From Thermoplasmata archaeon (GTDB lineage Archaea > Thermoplasmatota > Thermoplasmata > UBA10834), in NCBI GenBank assembly GCA_041559015.1, contig JBFFED010000002.1, positions 1,027 through 65,026 of the forward strand: a stretch of DNA of 64,000 nucleotides. The letters run 5' to 3'. Positions 18,805 to 29,043 of the stretch are shown one piece after another. A model generated the notes under the pieces. That model was not told the origin of the DNA. It saw only the letters and a program-made list of their open reading frames with translations, and ran no database searches. The first letter of the stretch is position 1. Each line of letters begins with the position of its first letter. Both the position numbers and the translations under genes were made by a program.

Positions 18805-19950
18805 TCAGAGGTATCTGAGCGCACCCCCCTCTATCATGGCCCTGTGGATTGGCACGTCGATATTGTGCAATCCTTGGCTGAGGGAGACCACTCCGAGGAG
18901 TCCGGAGAAGACAAACCCATTGTCAAGCATTGCACGCAGATTCTCCCTCGACACTTCGCAGTCCGAGAGCAGGCCCCAAATGAGCCTCATGACGTCGGCT
19001 CCGATGGCACCCTGGTGAGTCAGAGGACGTCCGTAGCGGCTCTGGAACTCGGTCGCGAACTGGTCATCGGCCGTGGCGCTGGGCATGTATATCGTGGGCA
19101 CGTTGACGAAGCATCCCTGGGCATCTGGTAGCGCCCATGTGGATGGTATGGACGCCCCTACGGAGCATATGGTAACCCCTCCGTAGCCACTTGAATTGAG
19201 CTCGGCCAATATCGCAGGGTAGTGTATCCTTAACCCGACGGCAAACACCGCCTCGTTGTCCGCCACGCTCGCGACGGCCTCCGAGAAGTCCGAGCAGTTC
19301 TTCTGGAAGCTATGTGATTCGACAGTGCCGTTCAGCGCTTCGAATCTCTCTGTCAACCTGGCCATCGCGGCATACCCGTATCCATCTTCCATGTACAGGA
19401 TGCCCAGGGAGCGGACGCCCGATTCTTCAATGGTCTTCATGGCAGAGTCCGCTTCGTCCGTGGGCGTGATGTAGTATCTGAAGGCCCACTCCTTCCCGTC
19501 GGTCAGATCCTCAGGCGACGCTCCCACCGAGATGAGCACCACTTCTCGCTCCTCGGCGACCTCGGCCATCTGGGCCGCCCCCTCCCTCGTGGCCGTGACG
19601 ATGGCCAGGGGATGATATTTCTCCTCTGCCTCGATGAACTTGCTCAATGCGATTTCGGGGTTGGACTGGCAGTCCTCGATGACGAGCCGTATGCGCATCC
19701 CGTTGATACCGCCCCATCTGTTGAGTTCCTCGGTGATCATGGACATGGAATCTCCTATCTCCACGAGATACGAGGCTATTCCAGTGAGCGGGATCATCGC
19801 GACTATGGTGACAGTCGGCCTGGAGACCCCTGAGAGGACCCATGCAGCGGAGAGTGCGAGCGCGGCCACCGCGACGGCTCCTATCACAACGGTTGCCCGA
19901 CGCGCAGGCCGCCGCTCACCCTGGTCCCCACTCAAGGTGGTCCCCTCCAA
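18805..19950 (-). CDS. Type I periplasmic-binding protein (branched-chain amino acid-like)
   Basis: N-terminal TM anchor; IPLTG, GGINGMRIRLVIED motifs. Confidence 0.85.
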   Translation of the reverse strand: MEGTTLSGDQGERRPARRATVVIGAVAVAALALSAAWVLSGVSRPTVTIVAMIPLTGIASYLVEIGDSMSMITEELNRWGGINGMRIRLVIEDCQSNPEIALSKFIEAEEKYHPLAIVTATREGAAQMAEVAEEREVVLISVGASPEDLTDGKEWAFRYYITPTDEADSAMKTIEESGVRSLGILYMEDGYGYAAMARLTERFEALNGTVESHSFQKNCSDFSEAVASVADNEAVFAVGLRIHYPAILAELNSSGYGGVTICSVGASIPSTWALPDAQGCFVNVPTIYMPSATADDQFATEFQSRYGRPLTHQGAIGADVMRLIWGLLSDCEVSRENLRAMLDNGFVFSGLLGVVSLSQGLHNIDVPIHRAMIEGGALRYL

Positions 19951-20267
19951 CCCGCGTTCTCAATACGGACTATCAGAATGGTTCCCGACATTGTCCCGCT
20001 CGCTCGTGCCCGTGCCGAGTGTCATCTACACTTCGTGAGCTTCAGAGTCAGCCAACTCGCTAACAGATGCCCTGCCGGATATCGAAGGTATCTCCAAAGC
20101 CTAATGTTTTCGCCGGAACATATGGCGTTGTTTTGGCAAATCTTCAAGTACCTGTCTTGGGAGAAGCCCTGTTGTGTGCGAGACTGCTGTGCACGTGCTG
20201 GCTTGGGACGCGATTATGCATTAACGAATGTAAGGCGATTCCCCAGCGCTGCGCCATCCAGATTGAC

Positions 20268-20463
20268 TTAGGATCCGTGGGGCTGTGCCCCCCAGCTTCT
20301 CTTGAGACTCTGCAGCATATCCTTTGCGAACTGCCTAGCCTGCTCGATGCCTGTCCCGACCATGGTTCCCTTCATGCCCTTCCACCCTGAGCTCATCGGC
20401 TACCGCCTCCGCCACTGTCTTGGTGTTGCCGCAGTAACTGTCTCAGACTGCCACTCCTTTCAT
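20268..20463 (-). pseudogene. Flavodoxin remnant with nonsense codon, internal deletion and frameshift
   Basis: Hand translation MKGVAV*DSYCGNTKTVAEAVADELRVEGHE, then in another frame GTMVGTGIEQARQFAKDML. Confidence 0.7.
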
Positions 20464-20544
20464 GACCGATGCCCCGAGATTCCGTATGATGGTGCGTGGA
20501 ACTTGTTATATCGGACGTTGCGGTTCCGTGACAGGGGCGAGAAT

Positions 20545-21042
20545 GTGAAAGTGCTAGTCTCTTACATGTCGTCGACGGGCAACACGAAGAAGATCGCTGA
20601 GGCAATCTACGGAGAGATCACGGCTGACAAGGAGATCAAGCCAGTGAGCGAGGTCGAGAGTCTCGAGCCGTATGACCTGACATTCCTGGGGTTCCCAACC
20701 CACGGATACGGCCCCGACAAGAAGACCAAGGCCATCCTGGAGAAGCTCTGCAAGGACAAGAAGAAGGTTGCGCTGTTCGTGACCCACGCGGCTCCTGAGA
20801 GCGAGCCGGAGGTCGCGGAATACGTGGCGAAGTTCAAGCAGGCCGCCTCAGGCGCAGAGATAGTCGGTGCATACAACTGTCAGGGCCAGCTCGCATCTGG
20901 AGTGAAGTTCATCATGAAGATCTCTCCCAACAAGAAGTTGAGGTCGGATGCCAAGAGGGACAACAGCAAGGGGCAGCCGGACGGGAAGCGGATTGAGAAG
21001 GCCAAGGCGTTTGCCAGAGAGACGATTGCCCAAATGACTTGA
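20545..21042 (+). CDS. Flavodoxin family protein
   Basis: VKVLVSYMSSTGNTKKIAEAI, GFPTHG, YNCQG. Confidence 0.85.
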   Translation: MKVLVSYMSSTGNTKKIAEAIYGEITADKEIKPVSEVESLEPYDLTFLGFPTHGYGPDKKTKAILEKLCKDKKKVALFVTHAAPESEPEVAEYVAKFKQAASGAEIVGAYNCQGQLASGVKFIMKISPNKKLRSDAKRDNSKGQPDGKRIEKAKAFARETIAQMT

Positions 21043-21144
21043 CCCCCGCGCACGGGTCCCGCGCCGCATCTTGATATCGAGGGGGTGGAAACCCTTCCAT
21101 CAAACCACTTCTTCTCTCCGACTCAGGCGCTTCCTCTCATCGCC

Positions 21145-21624
21145 TCATGGTGACGCCAGGATGGCGTTGACGAACTGCTCCACCTTGGCCTGCCATCCGT
21201 CCTCTAGAGGCCCCTTCAAGCCAGTGACATGTATCTTGCCGTCGACGACCTTCTTCAGCCCCTTCGCCTGGAGTACCTCGTTCATCCTCGGGATGACCTG
21301 CTGACACTTTCCCAGCTCCTCCTCGCTCGGCATGTTCCCGGCCTTGTCCGGCTGGGGGTTCATCTCAGTGACAAGTATCGCATAACGCGACCCTGGAGGC
21401 AGGTCGATCTTCTTGAGGAACTTCCGCATGCCCCCGATGGGCTTCCCAAACCTGCCGGGGGAACTGAACAGGTACAGGTCCGCAGGCGATATCTCCTTGG
21501 GCTTGACGTCCTTCACGTGGTGGACGTCGACGGAAACCCCCCTCGCCTCCACGATCCTCTTGAATTCCTCTGCAACCTTTGCTCCATTACCGTATTCCGA
21601 TGCATGATAGTACTCGATCCTCAT
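21145..21624 (-). CDS. Flavodoxin-like protein (paralog 1)
   Basis: HASEYGNGAKVAE, FSSPGRFG, KGPL motifs. Confidence 0.8.
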   Translation of the reverse strand: MRIEYYHASEYGNGAKVAEEFKRIVEARGVSVDVHHVKDVKPKEISPADLYLFSSPGRFGKPIGGMRKFLKKIDLPPGSRYAILVTEMNPQPDKAGNMPSEEELGKCQQVIPRMNEVLQAKGLKKVVDGKIHVTGLKGPLEDGWQAKVEQFVNAILASP

Positions 21625-21686
21625 GACAACCCCTCTTCACTTCTACATCTGATTGACATAGTCCTATCCTAAGGTTCTGGCCGTTC

Positions 21687-21965
21687 TCAGACCCCTTCCC
21701 TGACCTCCTTCTGGTGGTTCTTCTTGACTGCTGGCGCTGCCCGTCTTCCGACGAAGAAGCCAATCGCCATGGATATCAGGCCGATGAGAGCGCTCCCCAG
21801 GCTGCAGCTCTGAGCGCTGACATAGAAATCATATTGCACAGGGTCCAGGGCTCTCTCCTCCTCGCTCATCGCATTTGCCTGGCCTACTGCCCATACGGTC
21901 GCGGCAATCCCGCTCAGCAGGAACACCATGCCTACCACTATCATCGCGATTCCCAGAGGTCTCAT
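21687..21965 (-). CDS. Small 2-TM membrane protein
   Basis: MRPLGIAMIVVGMVFLL...; start overlaps the upstream stop. Confidence 0.6.
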   Translation of the reverse strand: MRPLGIAMIVVGMVFLLSGIAATVWAVGQANAMSEEERALDPVQYDFYVSAQSCSLGSALIGLISMAIGFFVGRRAAPAVKKNHQKEVREGV

Positions 21966-22615
21966 CAGGCTCTCCTCCTCGGCTCTGGTGTTGTGCCCTC
22001 GATTCCGGAGTCTTGCGAAAGGTTCGGGTCCGCCTCTAGAGGGAGCGTTGCTGCTCGTGATTCCTGGACACCATCCAGTGAGATCTCGAGCTTCGCGTAT
22101 GCCCTCGCGCGTGGCATGAACGCCAGGGCGAGTATGACGATCCCGAGTAGGGCGAAAGTCACCTGCAGGAACCGCGGGAAGCCCTCCGGGGAGCCGATGT
22201 AGTAGACCTCCACGATGATCCACGCTATGAGTATGATCCCCGTGGCCGCGGCTGCCGTCCAGGCCCAGTTCTGCCCGGTCCACCTGTTTATCGCGTCCGT
22301 CCAGTTCCACCTCGGGAGCTTCCAGAGGCCGTATATGATGAAAATCGGCAGGATTCCGTAGCAGATCACGAAGAACAATCCCACGATAAGGAAGTCCCCG
22401 ACCGGGGTACCCTCGAGGATGGACGTATCCATGTCATGGGTACCTCCCGACGGGTCCCTTACGAACTGCATCCCGCTGGCAAACCCGAAGAAGGCCAGCA
22501 CAGCCTCCAGCACTATCAGGGCCGTGATCGAGATGGGCCTGACCTTGCCACCCTTCAGGGCGGGCTCCCCTTGTGCGTTCTTGTCTCCTTTTCTCTCAGA
22601 ATCCTCTCCACTCAT
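21965..22615 (-). CDS. Membrane protein (about 4 TM)
   Basis: Hydrophobic segments; GGAGG RBS upstream. Confidence 0.7.
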   Translation of the reverse strand: MSGEDSERKGDKNAQGEPALKGGKVRPISITALIVLEAVLAFFGFASGMQFVRDPSGGTHDMDTSILEGTPVGDFLIVGLFFVICYGILPIFIIYGLWKLPRWNWTDAINRWTGQNWAWTAAAATGIILIAWIIVEVYYIGSPEGFPRFLQVTFALLGIVILALAFMPRARAYAKLEISLDGVQESRAATLPLEADPNLSQDSGIEGTTPEPRRRA

Positions 22616-22617
22616 GC

Positions 22618-23091
22618 TCATTCCTCCACTTGTTCATAACCTTCCTTTCTGCCACCTGTTCCTCGCGTCTCCCCATGCTCCTGTGATCGAATGATCTCGA
22701 CAACGGCACGGCACTCTCTTTCGACGTCGTCGGTCGCGATTTCCCGCTCGCACAACACCCAACAGCTGTCGTGGTGGTCCAGGGAGTACCCTCTTTTTGC
22801 GAGGGTGTCGAGGACCTTGTTCACGCGTTCCAAGTCCGTCACCTTGGGCTGAGAGTCCTTCGCGAGGATACGCAGCGACACCTCTATCCGGAACGAGATC
22901 GAAGTGCCAGGGGCAGCGTTCACCACGAGCCCTAGTCGGAAATGCTCGCGGGCTGCCACAGCTCGGTATGCTTCGTGGTCCTCCGACGAGCGTGCCAGAG
23001 ATGCCAACGAGTCCAGGTCAGTCAGATTGAGGCCTTCACCCTTCGCTTCCGCCTCGCCCTGAGCCGTTCCTTCTGGTGGTCTGCCGGTCAT
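22618..23091 (-). CDS. Hypothetical protein
   Basis: 157 aa ORF coupled to downstream genes. Confidence 0.55.
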   Translation of the reverse strand: MTGRPPEGTAQGEAEAKGEGLNLTDLDSLASLARSSEDHEAYRAVAAREHFRLGLVVNAAPGTSISFRIEVSLRILAKDSQPKVTDLERVNKVLDTLAKRGYSLDHHDSCWVLCEREIATDDVERECRAVVEIIRSQEHGETRGTGGRKEGYEQVEE

Positions 23092-23272
23092 TTCCCGCTG
23101 CCTCTGATACCAGCAGACACCGCAAGGAGGATAATCTCATGTTCACGGGAGGCGGAAGAACATGGACATGGAACGGGCGGATGATGTCAACTTCCTCACA
23201 CTTCGGGTTGTGGAAACGGACACCTGCCTGAGTACTGGCCGAGGCTTGAGGTCTATCTAGGAGGGGCGTTCC

Positions 23273-24202
23273 TCACTTCCTTGTACCCGCCCTATCACGG
23301 AGCATCCTGTCTCGCCAGGTCTCCTGCACCCAGCCGTCCTGAAGGAGCGTGGACAAGGTGTGGTCGACCCCCTCCATGCGGCCTATCTCCTCCATTATCT
23401 CCTTCTGCCTCATCACGGTCGGAGTCCAACTGTAGCACCCGAGGACGTCAAGGGGGTTGACGAACGAGGTGATGAATATCAGGGAGCCGCCGAAGCGGGC
23501 GTTCAGCCGGTTCCTTATCTGTCCGATGTCGGTGCCCGGCCTCACTTTGACCGCTGTCAGTGATGTTATGCCGGTGGAGTAGGCGGGGTTCCAGTCGAGG
23601 CCGAACTCTATAGCGCCGTCATCGATCATGCGGTCGAGGTGGCGTTTGACTGTGCGGGCTGAGAGGTTCAACTCCCTGGCGGTGTCCTCGACGGCCTTCC
23701 TGGAGTCCCCTTGGAGAGAGTGCACGATGCGGTAGTCGACGTGAGAGAGCTCAGGCGGGCCCGTATACCTCCTGTTGAGGACAGTACCCCCGAAACTCAC
23801 CTGTGATTCGATCGAGATGAGCGGATCTGCGATGCGTATCTTGTCCCTCAGGAATCTGGCGATCCCATCCAGGTCGTTCATCTCCCTGGGAATGAACGAG
23901 ATGTTGAGGAAGTTCTCGCCTGCCGCCAGGACGACATAGACCATGTCGTTCTCGTTGAGGAGTTTCTTGACTTCTCTGTAGTCACGGATCTCGGTCCTTC
24001 CAGAAGTGTATACCCGAATCGTCCGCAGATATTCAATTGAGAGAAACGATATGCAGCGGTGGATGACACCATCCTCTCTGAGGTGCTGCATCCTACGATG
24101 AGTGGCCTGGATGGATATGTTCAATCTGTCGGCCAGTTCACGGACAGGCATCCTTGAGTTCGCGAACAGCATCTGGCAGAGCCGGATATCGGTTTCGTCC
24201 AT
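23273..24202 (-). CDS. Tandem Lrp/AsnC-type wHTH regulator
   Basis: MDETDIRLCQMLFANSRMPVRELA and VDYRIVHSLQGDSRKAVEDTARELNLS. Confidence 0.85.
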   Translation of the reverse strand: MDETDIRLCQMLFANSRMPVRELADRLNISIQATHRRMQHLREDGVIHRCISFLSIEYLRTIRVYTSGRTEIRDYREVKKLLNENDMVYVVLAAGENFLNISFIPREMNDLDGIARFLRDKIRIADPLISIESQVSFGGTVLNRRYTGPPELSHVDYRIVHSLQGDSRKAVEDTARELNLSARTVKRHLDRMIDDGAIEFGLDWNPAYSTGITSLTAVKVRPGTDIGQIRNRLNARFGGSLIFITSFVNPLDVLGCYSWTPTVMRQKEIMEEIGRMEGVDHTLSTLLQDGWVQETWRDRMLRDRAGTRK

Positions 24203-24326
24203 CCGGAATACGAATCCCTGGAACCGGTTATTAAAACCTGCGTTGTCTGCCCACAGTCAGCCTCTCTTGGATTGGAGGATTCCAGGGTGTTGCGCTCGTC
24301 AGGCCGACTCTGGCCAGGACACGTCA

Positions 24327-24812
24327 TCACTGTGCCAGTATCTCTGCTGCGAAGGCCTCAACCCTCTTCTGCCAGCCCTCCTGAAGCGGCCCCTTGAGGG
24401 TGTTGGGGTTGACCAATACATTCCCTTCGGCTACCTTCTTGAACCCTTTCGCCTGGAGCAGCTCGTTCATGACGGGCCTGACGCGCTCATACTTGGCGAA
24501 CTCCTCCTCGGTTGGGGTCTTGCCGGTCTTCTTGTCAGGCGAAGGGGGCGCTTCAGTCGTAAGGATGGCGTATCTTGTTCCTGCCGGGAGCTGCAATTTC
24601 TTCAGGAACCGGCGCATGCTGCCGATGGGCTTGCCGAAGCGTCCAGGCGAGCTGAAGACGTACAGGTCCGCTGGCGCGACCTCCTTGGGCCGCGCGTCTC
24701 GGACATGATGGATGTTGACTGTGATTCCCTTGGCCGCCATGAGCTTCTTGAACTCCTCAGCGACCATGGCTCCGTTGCCGAACTTCGAGGCGTGGAAGTA
24801 TTCGATATTCAT
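24327..24812 (-). CDS. Flavodoxin-like protein (paralog 2)
   Basis: Closely similar to 21145-21624 (HASKFGNG, FSSPGRFGKPIG). Confidence 0.8.
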   Translation of the reverse strand: MNIEYFHASKFGNGAMVAEEFKKLMAAKGITVNIHHVRDARPKEVAPADLYVFSSPGRFGKPIGSMRRFLKKLQLPAGTRYAILTTEAPPSPDKKTGKTPTEEEFAKYERVRPVMNELLQAKGFKKVAEGNVLVNPNTLKGPLQEGWQKRVEAFAAEILAQ

Positions 24813-24967
24813 GGGAGCCAGAATCGCGTTCGTCTGATAAGGTCTTTATCCAAGAGACCCCGGCGAATCGGGTGAATCCGAATTCCCCATTGATCTCCCC
24901 GGGCTCTCCTCTCATCAGGCCTCCCCCTCGAGGTCCTGCCCTGGGCGGACTGCATTCGCGGATGGCT

Positions 24968-25765
24968 CTAGGTGCCACTCGATAGGGCCTTGAGGATTGA
25001 GCTTACCGCATAGTCCAAGTATTCCGTCGGTCCGCCCTCGAAGTACTTGGGCCTATGAGTTATCTCGAAGTTCACGGGCTTGGTGTAGCCACTCTGGTCG
25101 ATCCACCGCATCACCCTTGGCCAATCGACAGTTCCCCAGTATGGAGGTTGGTGGTCGTCCACCTTCCCTTTGTTGTCGTGGAGATGCAGGACCTTGAGCC
25201 TGCTGCCGAACCCCATCAGTTCCCCCGAGTTATTGTTGAGGTTTGCGTGCCCTACGTCGAAGCAGAGACCCACGAACTCCGGAGGGAATCTCTCGAAGTA
25301 TCGCGCCAGCATCTTCTCATCCCCCGGGAAACAGTTCTCGACGGCGAGCACGACGCCCAGGTCCTTGCAGAGCGGCCTCACGCTCTCTAGGATTCGAATC
25401 GACCTCTCGAGGTCCGACGATTCCTTCGGAGGATGAACAACGACCGCATCGGCACCGATAGCAGAACAGAACTCCAGACGGTTCTCCAGCAGCCGGACAT
25501 ACTCCTTCCGCGCGCCCTGGTCGCTCGTGCCTATCTTGATGCCAGGAGCGTCGGACCCATGAACGTCCAGACACTTCAGGCCGGAAGACTCGACGACCTG
25601 ACGGAAGAGCGTCATGTCCTCCTCTGAGTAGGCGACGCCATTGTTCCAGTCATCGCACCAGTGGATGAACCTGAAGCCACGGCTCGCGAACAGCGGGAGC
25701 TTCGTCTCCCGGTCGAGCTGGTACGAGTAGTTGAACATATCCGTGGTTATGCTCATCGGCCGCAT
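24968..25765 (-). CDS. Sugar phosphate isomerase/epimerase (xylose isomerase-like TIM barrel)
   Basis: VVVHP, LAVEN, FDVGHAN, LHLHDN, FEI metal motifs. Confidence 0.85.
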   Translation of the reverse strand: MRPMSITTDMFNYSYQLDRETKLPLFASRGFRFIHWCDDWNNGVAYSEEDMTLFRQVVESSGLKCLDVHGSDAPGIKIGTSDQGARKEYVRLLENRLEFCSAIGADAVVVHPPKESSDLERSIRILESVRPLCKDLGVVLAVENCFPGDEKMLARYFERFPPEFVGLCFDVGHANLNNNSGELMGFGSRLKVLHLHDNKGKVDDHQPPYWGTVDWPRVMRWIDQSGYTKPVNFEITHRPKYFEGGPTEYLDYAVSSILKALSSGT

Positions 25766-25798
25766 GTTCTCACTCGATAGCGCGTTCCGCCTCCTCTT

Positions 25799-27127
25799 CT
25801 ACAACTCCTTCCTAGATGCGGTGCGTCTGAACACGGCCATGATGGCCATCAGGCCCGCCGCTGCACCGACGAGGGCGATCCCGGAGCCGAACTCAGGGAT
25901 CACCACCGAGTTCGTGGCATACTTGAGGGCGGAGTTCGTCGAGTCGTAGTAGCTTATGTGGACGCATCCGATGGAGTCCACCGCAATCGAGTTGTGCGGG
26001 CCGACCCACCCTGCGCTGTCTATCGTGTGGACCGCCCACGACCCTCCTGCGTTCGTGATGTACATGAGGTCTCCTGACGACTCGTTGGAGTAGCTTATGT
26101 GCACATTGTCATCCGCGTCCAAGGCGATGGAGGAGAACATGCCGACGTCGTTGGCAGGACCCAGGCCGTCGAGGGTGTAGTACTCCCACGAGCCACCTGC
26201 GTTGGTGGCATACTTGAGATCTTCGACAAGGACGCTGTAGTAGCTTATGTGGACATATCCATTCGTGTCCACCGCAATCGAGGTGCCCTTGCCGACATCG
26301 CCGCCAGTGTCGAGAGTCAGTTTCGTCCATGAACCTCCTGCGTTCGTGGCGTACATCAGATCCTGGGCGATGGCGCTGTAGTAGCTTATGTGGATGTTGT
26401 TGCCAGCATCCACAGCGATTGAAGTGTACTTGCCCCTGTCTACGCTAAACGATCCGTCCACTTGGCTCTGGACCACCCACGAGCCCCCGGAGTTGTTGGC
26501 GTAGTTCAGGCTCATCGTCGAGCCGTCATAGTAGCCTATGTGGACGTGGTCATTGGAGTCCACCGCGATGGAGGAGAACATCCCCACTGTCCCCGCACTG
26601 TCTATCGTGTAGTTCTGCCACGTGCCACTGGCGTTCGTGGCGTAGTTGAGGTCGCCGGCCGTGGAGTTGAGATAGCTTATGTGGACGTTGTCATTGGAGT
26701 CCAGGGCGATCGATGCGTACGTGCCCACGGCCCCGTCGTCGTTCAGCGTCTGGTATCCCCACGCGCCCCCGGCGTATGTCGCATACATCAAATACTGGTT
26801 ACCGGAGGGTACTGGGTAGTTGCAGTAGGCTATATGCGGATAGTTCTCCGAGTCCACAGCTATAGAGGTGAACCAGCCAGAGTTCGCCGAGTTGTCCACT
26901 ATCTCCGAGCCCCAGCCGGGGGGAGCCTCCGACGGCATCGCCCGTCTTGTGGACTCGTTGGAATTGAAGGCAAGGACACATAGCGCGATGACCAGTACCG
27001 CGGCCAAGGCCACGGCGGCTACCGGGACCACGGTTGGGTGTCTCCTGCCTCTTGGTGTTGTTGCGTTCGTTGCGCGTGAACCGCTGCCAGGATGAAGGCT
27101 ACGATCGATTGCATGTGGCGAAATCAA
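25799..27127 (-). CDS. Surface beta-propeller protein with PEF-CTERM sorting signal
   Basis: Seven SIAvD-x4-HIsY repeats; C-terminal IPEFGSGIALVGAAAGLMAIMAVFRR; start uncertain. Confidence 0.8.
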   Translation of the reverse strand: MISPHAIDRSLHPGSGSRATNATTPRGRRHPTVVPVAAVALAAVLVIALCVLAFNSNESTRRAMPSEAPPGWGSEIVDNSANSGWFTSIAVDSENYPHIAYCNYPVPSGNQYLMYATYAGGAWGYQTLNDDGAVGTYASIALDSNDNVHISYLNSTAGDLNYATNASGTWQNYTIDSAGTVGMFSSIAVDSNDHVHIGYYDGSTMSLNYANNSGGSWVVQSQVDGSFSVDRGKYTSIAVDAGNNIHISYYSAIAQDLMYATNAGGSWTKLTLDTGGDVGKGTSIAVDTNGYVHISYYSVLVEDLKYATNAGGSWEYYTLDGLGPANDVGMFSSIALDADDNVHISYSNESSGDLMYITNAGGSWAVHTIDSAGWVGPHNSIAVDSIGCVHISYYDSTNSALKYATNSVVIPEFGSGIALVGAAAGLMAIMAVFRRTASRKEL

Positions 27128-27267
27128 AGGATTCTCCTCGCGTCAGATATGTTCTTCCTGGTTATTTCCTCTTCCCCGAAGGTGAACCACGACCCGATTC
27201 GGCCGTTCCGAAGCTACTTGACGCCGGAAGACCATCCCCGTTGCCGGATCGAGTGCGTGGTGTCCAT

Positions 27268-28032
27268 ATGGATGAGGAGAAGCGCGACAGGTTCGTCTCG
27301 CAGTGGCGTAAGTACTTCGGGGACGCCGAGTTGCCGATAGTAATGTTCTACACGGACGAATCGGCCCCGGTGGCGGTTTCCCGCCCCAGGTCCGGCCCGT
27401 GCGTCGTGGAGATGCTCTCTGTCGTCAGGAAGGGGAAGACACTGTGCCTCTCAGCGAAAGACCGCATGTGCGGGGGCGCGAAGAGGTACCTTGGGTTCAC
27501 GGGTCAGGCCCCCACGCGGGACTTCGAGTACTTCCTCTCTTACGGAATCCCGGGCAAGCTGGAGGGAGAGAGGTACAAGAAATCCCCCGAGCTCGTGCGG
27601 GAGACCCAGAGACACCTACAGCCGTTCAGGGCCCCGAGACCATTCATAGTCTTCAAGCGCTGGGACAAGCTGTCAGAATCGGACGCGCTCGAGGTCATCG
27701 TCTTCCTCGCGGACCTGGATACCGTGTCTGGCCTGTTCACGCTCGCGAACTTCGACGAGGCTGAGCCGAACGCGGTCATCTGCCCGTTCGGGTCCGGGTG
27801 CTCCTCGATAGTGTACCACCCGTACATGGAGCTGCAGTCCCCTCATCCGAGGTGCGTGTTGGGCCTGTTCGACATCTCAGCGAGACCCTATGTGGGCGCG
27901 GACAAGCTCTCGTTCGCGATACCGTTCCCCAAGTTCGAGAGGATGGTCGAGAACATGGATGAGAGCTTCCTCACGACCAGCTCCTGGGGATCACTCCGTC
28001 GCAGAATGAGCGGATGCGGGCGGATTGCCTAG
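27268..28032 (+). CDS. DUF169 family protein
   Basis: Cys motifs CGGAKRYLGF and PFGSGC, GLFDISAR. Confidence 0.7.
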   Translation: MDEEKRDRFVSQWRKYFGDAELPIVMFYTDESAPVAVSRPRSGPCVVEMLSVVRKGKTLCLSAKDRMCGGAKRYLGFTGQAPTRDFEYFLSYGIPGKLEGERYKKSPELVRETQRHLQPFRAPRPFIVFKRWDKLSESDALEVIVFLADLDTVSGLFTLANFDEAEPNAVICPFGSGCSSIVYHPYMELQSPHPRCVLGLFDISARPYVGADKLSFAIPFPKFERMVENMDESFLTTSSWGSLRRRMSGCGRIA

Positions 28033-28048
28033 GAAAGGAATACTAGTG

Positions 28049-28567
28049 ATGAAATCGGTGTCGGCGCCAATGTACGAAGTCAGACCCATGACCAAGGACG
28101 ACCTGGATGAATGTTCGTCCCTTTCGAAAGCAGTGAGAGTCGACTCCTGGAATTCAATTGAGAAGTCCTTCTATCCCGAGGACAAGTTCGAGGAGGAACT
28201 CCTTCTGTACTCGCCGGAATCCCTGTCCAAGTTCATCGGATCGCAAGAGCGGTTCGCGTATGTGGCGGCCGATGAGGGGGAGATATGCGGGTGCGTCATC
28301 GGAAAGGTCGACGCATCCGTCGGCATCGCTGACATCGGCTGGATATGCGTTTCATCCAGCAAACGGGGGAAAGGGATTGCGGGCAAGCTGGTCGAAGCTG
28401 TGTCTGCCAAAGCCGTCGAATCTGGGTGCCACAAGGCAATCGCATTCACGATGAGAGACCTGCCTGACGCGAACGCGATGTATCGGCGTTACGGCTTCGA
28501 GAAGGAAGGGGATTTCAGGAGGCACTGGATGAAGATCGACTTCGTCCAGTACGGAAAGCAGCTCTAA
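28049..28567 (+). CDS. GNAT acetyltransferase
   Basis: WICVSSSKRGKGIAGKL motif A; MYRRYGF. Confidence 0.85.
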   Translation: MKSVSAPMYEVRPMTKDDLDECSSLSKAVRVDSWNSIEKSFYPEDKFEEELLLYSPESLSKFIGSQERFAYVAADEGEICGCVIGKVDASVGIADIGWICVSSSKRGKGIAGKLVEAVSAKAVESGCHKAIAFTMRDLPDANAMYRRYGFEKEGDFRRHWMKIDFVQYGKQL

Positions 28568-28580
28568 TCGGCCCTATTCT

Positions 28581-28922
28581 TCAACCCTGGGAAGGCCGTG
28601 GGATGACGCATATCACTCTCAGCAGTGAGCCGCTCGAGTTGAGGAACTGGTGCATCTCGTTGGGCTCGATGAAGATGGCGTCGCCCTGGACGATGTTCTC
28701 TTCGCGGTCCTTGAGCGCGACCTTGCCGCAACCTTCGACGACGAATACTTCATGCTCCCATTCGTGGGTGTGCCTCTCCGTGTGGCCACCAGGAGAGATA
28801 TCGATCAGGCGCATGTAGAAGTGCGGTGCGTCTAAGTCCTTCGCTATCAGCTGCTTGAAGTCAATGTCCTTCGTGCCGGTAGGCGTGATTCCCTTGATGT
28901 CCTTGTGGTTGACCTTTTTCAT
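28581..28922 (-). CDS. Cupin domain protein
   Basis: HTHEWEHEVFVVEG and PNEMHQF. Confidence 0.9.
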   Translation of the reverse strand: MKKVNHKDIKGITPTGTKDIDFKQLIAKDLDAPHFYMRLIDISPGGHTERHTHEWEHEVFVVEGCGKVALKDREENIVQGDAIFIEPNEMHQFLNSSGSLLRVICVIPRPSQG

Positions 28923-29043
28923 TGCGCTATCTCCGACGCGGGCATCGCCTTCCATTCCCTATGGATGTTGTGATGAAGTGACCCTTCTCCGATGTTGTGA
29001 TTGCTGGATTTGAGGAGGCTAGAAGCCAAGATGTGCATGAGTA

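Noticed and set aside
19999-20011. ctcgctcgtgccc, resembling the cassette 17-mer
   Set aside because: Short, mismatched, and lacks the TTGAA core, hairpin and arm block.
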